In this document: piece after piece, positions 10,901-21,213 of the stretch | How positions within the stretch are numbered: the stretch's first letter is position 1 | How the letters are laid out: each line of letters starts with the position of its first letter | The notes under the pieces: model-generated | Seen by the model: the letters and a program-made list of their open reading frames with translations, nothing else | Told to the model about the DNA's origin: nothing | The model's database searches: none | Program-made: the position numbers and the translations under genes | Source: Octopus bimaculoides | Lineage: Eukaryota | DNA: 37,213 nucleotides | Direction of reading: 5' to 3' | Assembly (NCBI RefSeq): GCF_001194135.2 | Contig: NC_068981.1 | Location: forward strand, 198,035,361-198,072,573

Positions 10901-13900
10901 GTGTTCAAATACTTACTGCATTGAATCTATCGTCAAATACCACATCAGAATGTAGCGGGAGAGAAGATGAAAGATGATTTCCAGTCTAAAAAAAAGAAGA
11001 CAATATGTTTAAAGTGTATTATTGCAAGAATGCCAACATCGAATGAAAGTTTGGTAAAATGGAAGACTGATACAATCACTCTGAGATACAATTCCCATAG
11101 AAAGAAGGGTCAACCACTGTTAAATAGTCACTAGTAAGTATCCAACTAAACATATAAAACCCTGAGCACAATACAATATTGTTAAGATAAAATTTCAACA
11201 ATAGTACGTATATACAAACCATATTGTCTTTGTGTTTCATTCTGGATTTCAAAGCTGCAATTTCACACTGAAGAAGATGGTTCCTCAAAAGAATATAAAA
11301 CAATTATCGAGTTGACATCGTTTGCAAAATAAAAATGGGTGACAGGAAGTTAATTTAAGTCATCCATAAGTAAATCATACGAGAGTAAACACAATGTAAT
11401 CCCCAGGGGTCATGTGTCTCGTAGTGGGGAGGGGGAGAAGCACCGTTGCACAGCATTGCTGCTTTCACCATTTGTTGGTATATTCTTAGGTCCTCCAAGG
11501 TGACCCATCAAGCTGAGTTCCAGTCAGTCCCCAGCTCTGCAAGATACCTCCTCATCTGCCATGAGCATGTGGTTGTGTGGTTGACCAACACAAAGCCTCA
11601 CTGAAGAGAACATAGTAAAGCAAGAGCTTACATTATTTACATTATTTACATTTGGTGGATATTTATCCTCATCTTGTTAGTTGTTAACACGTTTCAGCTG
11701 ATATACCCTCTAGCCTTCATCAGGTGTCTTGGGGAAATTTCGAACCTGGGTTCTCATTCCTAAGGTATTTTTCCAATGTTATTTTTATTATTATTATTAT
11801 TCAGGTCACTGCCTGGAATCGAACTCGGAATTTTGGGGTTAGCAGCCTGCACTCTTAACCACTATGCCATATGCCCAAGGGCATAAATACCTTAGGAATG
11901 AGAACCCAGGTTCAAAATTTCCGCAAGACACCTGATGAAGGCTGGAAGGTATATCAGCTGAAACATTATGTTAACAACAAACAAGATGAGGATAAATATC
12001 TGTCAAATGTAAATAATGTAAATAATGTACATAATTCCTCATCTCTTAAATATAGAACAGCAGGAGCTAACTTGGAAAACCAAGCCACATGGCCAAACGA
12101 TTCAGGAGCTGGTACTCCCGAATCATACAAGTAACAAGACACATCCCAGTTTCTGAGTAGAATTGTCAGCTGGATATGAAATCTGACCAATGGCAACCCC
12201 TAATCCTGCAAAGTGTCCTGGCACCAAAGGAGCTGAGGTGGCTCCTGAGAGCCCTAGACAGGGTCAAAGTCTTACGACTAAAGAACAGAAACCTAAAGAC
12301 CTGCACCCTTGCCTTCCAGTTTGGACACTGGCAGCACCAGACACCCTCAAGTCCAATGAGTCCACACCTGCACCAGCCAAGTCTCCAAGTCTCTGTAGGA
12401 CTTCAGTCTCGCAGCTAATGGCTGCTAAAGATTGTCTATGTTTTTATTAAGGTAACAATGGGATTCTATCATGGATTCTATCATGGATTCTATCACCAGG
12501 GATTCTATCATGGATGAAACGTTCTTTAAAGAATAGGATCTTAATAAATTAAGCAATTATTGGTCTGTTGCAAGTTTTCTAGAATAAACCATTTTCATTT
12601 TAACAAGAGTGAAAGATCACAGTTGCAGCTGGTCTACGGTGAATGCCTTCTTTCAGACAATGTGTGTCCACAATGCATTTGATTCATTGCTGTAACGGGA
12701 CTTCAACATGAAGTTCCCTTACATCAATGGTTCCCAACCCTTTTATTTAAATGAGTTTTCCCACGGACACCTTTTAATATGCTTATCCTTATGTGTGTGT
12801 GTGTGTGTATATATAAATCGTCATCATCATTGCTTAACATACGTTTTCCATGCTGGCATGGGTTGGACGGTTCGACTGGGGTCTGGGAAGCCAGGAGGCT
12901 GTACCAGGCTCCAATCTGATCTGGAATGGTTTCTACAGCTGGATGCTCTTCCTAACGCCAACCATTCCGAGAGTGTAGTGGGTGCTTTTTACGTTCCACT
13001 GGCACGGAAGCCAGTTAGGCGGCACTGGCATTGGCCACGTTCAGATGGTGCTTTTTACGTGCCGCCAGCACAAAAGCCAGTCGGGGCAAGGGGGCTGGAA
13101 TCAACCCCATTTGGATGGTGCTTCTTACATGCCAGGCAGCACTGGCAATAACCCATGCACGAATGGTGCTTATTGCATGCCACCAGCATGGGAGCCAGTC
13201 AGGTGGCACTGGCATCAACCACAACAGGTCTTAGCAAGCACAATTTATTGCTCAATGATTGAAGGGTACTCTTAAATGGGCCAGTCATGCTGCACTGGCA
13301 CAGGCCACAGTTACAGTCTCACTTGGCTTGCCAGGTCTTCTCAAGCATAGCATATCTCCAAATGTGGAAATATGAATTCTTAGATGTTCACAGGAGAATC
13401 TAAGAGTGCAATAAATGCAGACAGAGATTGATAGGAATGCTGTCATTCAGTGAGAAGAATTTACATGGAAGCTAAGAATTGTGAGCAACATATTTGATTC
13501 CAGCAAGAATAATGTTTGTCTTTCTACAATAAGCATAAAGCCCAAAATTTGTGGGACGCTGTTATTCGATCACTTCAACCCCAGTACATAACTGATACCT
13601 ATTTTATCAGAACTGAAGGGATGAAAAGCAAAGTCAACCCCAGAGGAGTTTGAATTCAGAACATAAAATATCGTTTGTTTTTTTTCCAGACCCTTTCTGT
13701 CTTGCAAAGAAAAGAAATAAAACAATAAAATCAGCATAAAAGACAATAAAAGCAAAGAAAAAAGAACCCCACTCACTTTTCTTCCTCTTCTTCAACTTTG
13801 ACATCAGCATTGATCTGTTTCTCCTGTAACATCTTTACTTTATGTCTCTCCTGAAATATGTGATTATAAAAACTGAAATTATGAAAAAGCAATTTATTTT

Positions 13901-15419
13901 TCAGGGGCCAGGGGCATTGGGCATGAGAGGCATCAGATGTGGAGTATAGGAGGGGAAAACTGAGCTGGTATGGGCATGTGATGCGTATGGAAGGGGACAG
14001 CTGTGTAAAGAAGTGCCGATCTCTAACTGTGGAGAGGAACCTGTGGAAGAGGTAGAGCCAAGAAGACATGGGACGAGGTGGTGAAACATGATCTCGGATG
14101 CTGTGTCTCATGGGACCAATGACAAGCGACCGAGGCTTTTGGTAATTTGCTGTGTTTGAGAAGACACATCAAGCCAGGTGAAATCAGAGTCGTAGTTAGT
14201 GCCAGTGTCATGTAAAAGACACCCAGGACACTCTATGAAATAAATGGTTGGCGTTAGGAAGGGCATCCAGTCGTAGAAACCAATCCAAAATCAGACTGGA
14301 GCCTAGTGCAGCCCTCCAGTTTACCAGTTCCAGACAAACCGTCTAACCCACACCAGCATGGAAAACGGACACTAAATGATGATGATGATGATGAAGGGAC
14401 AGATTATTTTTAAGGGTGCAGAGATTGGGAAGGTCTAGGATAAATATTACGTTGAAGGTGTGTTGACAACTGGAGAAGATTGGATCACTATTTGCTAAAA
14501 TCCATGACAACAACAACAACAACAACAACACAAACCTTTGCAGAGATAAACAAAATCAATTTGGAATTGAATTCAGTTATTTTCAACAAACTCATTTGAA
14601 GAATGAATAAAGAGTGAAGAAGTAGAATTTACAGTGACAAATCCCTTTCTATGTAAATGACTATTGCACATAAATGAACAACTTCATCATCATCATCAAC
14701 CACAACACTTTACATCCATTTTCCATGCTGGCATGAGTTGGACAGGACATTGCTGTCCTAGACAGAGCGGGAAACCATATCTTAAAAATTTCACTCACCC
14801 CGTCTGGCTCCTGTGCTAGTGGCATGTGAAAAGCACTCACTACCCTCTTGGAGTGGTTGGCGTTAGGAAGGGCATCCAGGTGTAGAAACATTGCCAGATC
14901 ATCTTGGGGCCTGGTGCAGCCGCTGCCTCTCCAGACCTCAGTCAAACCGTCCAACCCATGCCAGCATGGAAAACGGATGTTAAGCAATGATGATGATGAT
15001 GATGATCCCGTTTTTAATGCTGGGTGCCCTTCCTAACACCATCTCCCATTGCAGAGTGTACGAGATGCATTTTATTCATGGCACCAGCACTAATGAGGTA
15101 GCCATGTCTTTGGCAAAGCTGGAAGCTCCTCTCAATCCCAAGATAAACAACACCCAGCAAGGATTGGCACCAGCACAGGTGAGGTGGCTGTGTATTCCGA
15201 AGGAGCCAGGAGTCCTCACACCTGTACGTTATGTTCTTTCACTGAAAATAATATCACTGAGAAGGTGAAAAGAAAAGGAGGTGATGACAGAACAAGAACC
15301 AGAATGGTGGACGGTTGATGGTTGCAAGAGTATTATAGGAGGGAAGGGCGAGGGTGGTGGACAGGGGTGGACAGGGGTGAGAGTGAATGATGGATGTCAA
15401 TAGTGATAGCAAGTGACTC

Positions 15420-15453
<34 letters not shown>

Positions 15454-15516
15454 TAGAGAGAGAGAGAGAGCGATAGAGAGAGAGAGAGAGAGAGAANNNN
15501 NNNNNNNNNNNNNNNN

Positions 15517-15564
<48 letters not shown>

Positions 15565-18500
15565 TAGAGAGAGAGAGAGAGCGATAGAGAGAGAGAGAGA
15601 GCGATAGAGAGAGAGAGAGAGAGAGAACAGAAGCTCTATTATTATAATAATTGTGATTGCCATCCTCCATGCAATCATTATAAAGGAGAGCTAATTTGCA
15701 TACCTGTTGTCTATACAGGGGCAGGTGCAAAAGGAGGTGTACAGTAAGTACCACATCAATGTCATTATACTTAATTCATTAAAATTATTAACATATTAAA
15801 TTAGTTAGCCTCATTTTTTGACATTTTCAGTGTCATTAATCATAGTAATACATTTATCATAATTATGAATAATACTTTTATCGTAACTTTTAATTTTTCT
15901 CATCATCATCATCATCACCATCGTTTAATGCCTGCTTTCCATGCTGATATGGGTTGGACGGATTGACTAAGGACTGGCAATCTTTTCGGGCCAAGTTTCT
16001 ACAGCTGGATGCCCTTCCTTATGCCAACCACTCGGAGAGTGTAGTGGGTGTTTTTTTTACATGCCAGTCAGGTGGTACTGGCATCAACCACGCTTGAATG
16101 GTGCTTTTTACGTGCCACCGGCACAGGGGTGAGTCGGGCGGCACTGGCAACAATAAAAATAAATGTGTACATGTTTTCTTTTTACATAACTGTAAACCTA
16201 CTTTTGCACCATCCCATATAATTGTAAAAGTCAGTGTGAAAGCTTCTTTGCAAACATTTTCCCTGCTAGAAATAGCAGTCAAATCTCCTAATGTCTTAAA
16301 AAAAAAAAGAAAAGAAAGACACACTAGATAATGTACTCCAAGATATATTAAGTCTGAGTGAAAGAAGAGATAGTCACAGATAAAACATTTAACCACAGGC
16401 CTGCTAGAATAAGGGATTATGTAAATCCATATTAAATATATTAAATACAAGCAGGGTGCAAAAGTAGGTATACAGTTATGAAAAAAGAAAATGCGTACAA
16501 TTCTCATTTATTTTTATCAAAAAAAAAATTAAAAGTTACAATAAAAGTATTATTCATAGTTATGATAAATGTATTATTAGGATTAATGACTCAGAAAATA
16601 TAAAAAATGAGGCTAAGTTTTAATTTCTTTGATAAAAAGAAATGAGCATTACACGCATTTTCTCTTGTCATAACTATATATGTTAAATATATGTTAAATA
16701 TATGCTAAATATATGTTAAATATATGTTAAATATATTCAACTTACTTTTTCTAGTTGTGATTTCATCATTTTCCTCTCTTGCTCCAAACGTTTATTCTGC
16801 AATAAGAAGCATTCCTGTTTTAGCACTTAACTCTTTCATTACCAAATTTCTGCTGAATTCCACTGCCTTTGTTTCAATAAATTCGAGAAATTGGGAAGAA
16901 TTCAGCAAGTAAACTTCATCGTTATTACTAATCAGGTGTTCGGAACCTCAATTATGATGGAAGGTTTTAATTTCGATTCCTTTAAAACAGGGGTTTTGTA
17001 TCATAGAAACAAGGGTGTATCATAGAAACAAGGATTTAATTCATCATCATCATCATCATCATCGTTTAACGTCTGCTTTCCATGCTAGCATGGGTTGGAC
17101 GATTTGACTGAGGACTGGTGGAACCAGATGGCTACACCAGGCTCCAATCTGATTTGGCAGAGTTTCTACAGCTGGATGCCCTTCCTAACGCCAACCACTC
17201 AGAGAGTGTAGTGGGTGCTTTTACGTGCCACCCGCACGAGGGCCAGTCAGGCGGTACTGGCAACGGCCACGCTCAAAATGGTGTCTTTTATGTGCCACCC
17301 GCACAAGAGCCAGTCCAGGGGCACTGGCTAAATTTAATTAGTTACCTGCAGCACCACCAACTCCCCAACTTTCATCATCATCATTTAAAGTCCATTGTCC
17401 ATGCTGGCATGGGTTGGACGATTTGACCAGGGCTGGTAAGCTGGAAGGCTGCACCAGACTCCAGTCTGATTTGGCATGGTTTTCTATGGTTGGATGCCCT
17501 TCCTAATAGCAACCACCCTGAAAGTGTAAGGGGTGCTTTTACGTGCCACCAGCACGAGTGTCATTTGCCTGACACTGGAGTGCACTTATGTGCCACTGGC
17601 ACAGGTGCCAATTTGCATGACACCAGTATCTGCCATGACTGTGATTTTGCTCGGCTTGATGGGTTTTCTTCTCAAGCACAACATAATGCCAAAGGTCTTG
17701 GTCATTGACTTTGTGAGGCCCAACACTTAAAAGGAACTCAGCCACTTTGTCTCCACCTTACACAAACCAATCCTTTCTCACCCTTTGACCATTCCTTCAT
17801 CCCTAATGTACAGGTACTACACAGAATAGTTTAACCCTTTCGTAACCGTATTTCTTTTGGGATGTTGTGTGTTTCTTTCAATTAATTTTAAATATAACAA
17901 AGAATTTAGTAAAATAACTTTGTTATCATTAAGCTAGTGTTAGGAACATAAATTGTGACTAAGGTTTGGTGGAATATTTTCATTCAGAACTTTTGAAAAC
18001 AAAACATTTGTACCACAGAGCCAGAGCTGGATTCAGCAGGGTTGGTATCGAAAGGGTTAAAGACATTGTGGAAGAGAAGACTGCAGGAACAACAACAACA
18101 ACAACAACAACAGCTGCTGCCATTGCCACCATCACTGCTATTACTATCATCATCATCATTTACTGCCCAATTACCCTGCTGGCATGGGTTGGACGTTTTG
18201 ACAGGAGTTGGCAAAGCAGGGAACTGCACCAGGCTCCGTTTGTTCTAGTTTGGCATTGGTTCTACAGCGGGATGCCCTTCCTTACATCAACCACTCTACA
18301 GAGTGTCCTGGGTGCTTTATGTATGGCACCAGCATGGGAGGCTGATGTATTTTTCAGTTTATTCTTAGTTTTAGTTATTTGGACTGTGGCCATGCTGGGG
18401 CACCACCTTGGAGTTGCAGTCAGTGTTGTCAGCCCAAATACTTAACAGTTGAAGAGAGACTCAATTGTAACATATGCTGCATCAGTCTGTTATATAGAAA

Positions 18501-19263
18501 ATATGACAGAATGGACAGGATGTCATAATAGAAGCAGGAAGTTGGACTGTTTTTAAAGATGAGAACTAATTGAGAAATTCTTGAAAATGGAATGAGGCAA
18601 ACCTACCCAATATTCTTTTTCCCTTTTCAGTTGAAACCTCAGCTCTTTGATCTCTTCTTCAAGTGCAATGTCTCTGCTATCAAAATAAATCACAATTTCA
18701 TAACAAGATTGAATTATATTACAATATTATTACATTTATACAGACTACATCATCATCATTTAGTGTCCGTTGTCCATGCTGGCATGGGTTGGATAGTTTG
18801 ACCAGGACTGGAAAGCTGGAAGGCTGCACCAGACCCCAGTCTGGTTTGGCATGGTTTCTACAGCTGGATGCCCTTCCTAACACCAATTACTTTACAGAGA
18901 GTGCTGGGCGCTTTTACTTGAATCAAAATATTATTTTTAAAAAAATCTAACAATGACTTGTAACAAAATGGTTTGTTTTGTTTTGCCAAACTTCCAACCA
19001 AATAACAATTCCTGCAGGTATGAATGTACATCTTCACATAGGTTGCAGGATTAACCACAATCGCAAACAACAGCCTTATTTAATAGTCCGATTCTTTAAG
19101 ACAACTTCAATCTATTAAACTATGTCTCACTGTATCGCAGACACAATTAATGGTGAATAAAAGCTTTCAGGAAGCTGTATGGCAGAAAACACACATGAGT
19201 AGTATGAAAGGAATGTACAACACATCATGGGCAAATAGACTGTGTTGTGATGAGATACACAGG

Positions 19264-19315
<52 letters not shown>

Positions 19316-21159
19316 TATAAGAAGAGGACATTGGCCAGTGGATGTAGTAGATCAAAGTTGAGAAAATGGTAGGAGAATGAAGTATGAGTACGATTTAAAA
19401 GGATTAATGATAAGTTAGGAGAGAAAGTCTTATTTGCAGACCAAATATCACATAGAGACATCTCTGGTCTTTAGACAGAAACGCCATCCTGTTGATGATG
19501 CTGGGAAAGTTATTCCAGTTTTCTTCACATTGGACAGAATCGATTCTGTAACAAATTTAGTTACAAACTATGACACCCTTCAATTAAAAAAACTCCTTTT
19601 ATTTCAAATATGAAATAATGGCGTTGTTTAAGTTGTGGGGTGTTGCAAGAGAAGAAGAGTTGAATATGCAGGAATCACATAATTCTTCATAAAGTAGACT
19701 TCCTTGGCAACTAAACAGCTTCACGACGCAACTTAGAAATCATGAAAGCCACAGCATCATGCTGTATTAAGCAAAACATTAATGGTGACTTAATGGTGAA
19801 TATTATGAAGAAATACTCACTGTTTTGATTCGGTTGTCATCTTTAATGGTTCAACTGTTTCTGTCGGTTGCTGTTGCAGAATTTAAAAAAAAAATAATAC
19901 AAAATCAATCAGAAATATTCATATGAAGTAGACGACTAATCTAACAACAATACTGTGTGACATGTAAAAATGAACAAAACATCCATAGAAATTAGAGAAC
20001 AACATTGATTGTAATACATGTAGCATGATGACGCCACCAGCATCCATTTACAACATGAGGTACAGGCATCCATCTACAACATGAGGTACAGACATCCATC
20101 TACATGATGTACAGGCAACCATCTACAACATGAGGTACAGGCATCCGTCTACAACATGAGGTACAGGCATCCATCTACAACATGAAGTACAGACATTCAT
20201 CTACAACATGAGTACAGGCATAAGGTACAGACATTCATCTACAATGTGAGGTACAGATATTCATCTACAACATGAAGTACAGGAATGGTGGAGTGGTTAA
20301 GAAATTCAATTCCCAGCCACATAGTTCTGGGTTCAGTCCCACTGTCCAGCACCTTGGGCAAGTGTTTTCCACTATAGTCCTGGGCGAACTAAAGCCTTCT
20401 GAGTGGACTTGGTAGATGGAAAACCATACACGTATGTGTTTGTATATGCAGGTGTGTGTGTGTGTTGTTGTGTTTGCATTTCTAGTGACAAGATCCCATG
20501 CTAGCCGTAAATGGAAGTCCCTGTCATACATATATATATATATATGTATGTATGTATGTATAGAATACCTGAATTTTCTCTTCCTCTCTGACTACTGTAC
20601 TGACATCTGTATTAGGATGAGCCTGCAAAGAAAGAGGTTTAAAACGAGAGATAAATGAAATTTCTTTTATCATAGCAGAAGTTTGCAAGGTTAAAGTATG
20701 ACAGTCTAGGAAGGCAAAGGATAATAATATAATGTGAAATGGTGAGAGGGAAAACCTATAAATTACATCAAACGGATCTTGTTTCGTCTGAAGCAGCAGT
20801 AAACCATAGTCAGAAAATGGTCTGGCAATTGGCAGAAACACGTGCAGTGTTGGCAAGGGAATATGACTTCTTTATACAATAGCACAACATTGGGGCCAAT
20901 TTTGCTGAATGGTCATTTGTCTTACTGTATAGAAAACATGACACGTTCTTTGCAAACAGAAACGAACTTCATAACTGACACACACAATTTATTTCAGGTA
21001 GATTTTCTATTGTTGGATGGTCTTCCTATTGCCAACTCTCACCTTTTTCCCAATTAAGGAAATATTATTTCTTGATCCTTCAAACAAACGGTCCATATGA
21101 AAGAAAGCTCAGTGCACAAATGTCAAGACAAGGGGAAGACAAAAATACTCACGTACGTA

Positions 21160-21213
<54 letters not shown>

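Larger units (their letters stand above)
11629..12058. mobile_element. Inverted-repeat insertion of a tRNA-headed, hammerhead-containing Penelope-type non-autonomous element
   Basis: Arms 11629-11770 and 11885-12029 are reverse complements; tRNA-like head between them (11876-11801, minus); CTGATGA...GAAA cores in both arms; TSD AGCA(A/G)GAGCT at 11619-11628 and 12059-12068. Confidence 0.75.

Noticed and set aside
11801-11876. Possible tRNA-Ser(GCT) gene
   Set aside because: A and B boxes are present, but the acceptor and anticodon stems do not pair and the sequence is part of a TSD-flanked repeat.
12980-13230. Repeat-spacer-like pattern resembling a CRISPR array (also 28330-28570, 30960-31110 and the 20041-20283 minisatellite)
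   Set aside because: Eukaryotic intron; the units are degenerate, the intervals are related to each other, they lie inside an RTE 3' UTR, and there are no cas genes.
15254-15754. Long ORFs with ERER/SLSL, and X-filled ORFs at 30341-30704 and 34639-35324
   Set aside because: Microsatellite and N-gap artefacts.
19452-19545. Acceptor-like site (ttgttacag|AATCG) with short open frames
   Set aside because: No donor gives a phase compatible with the flanking exons.
19711-19761. Possible alternative terminal exon HDAVAFMISKLRREAV*
   Set aside because: The acceptor is plausible but only 59 nt from the exon 11 donor and out of phase with it; the main model continues without it.
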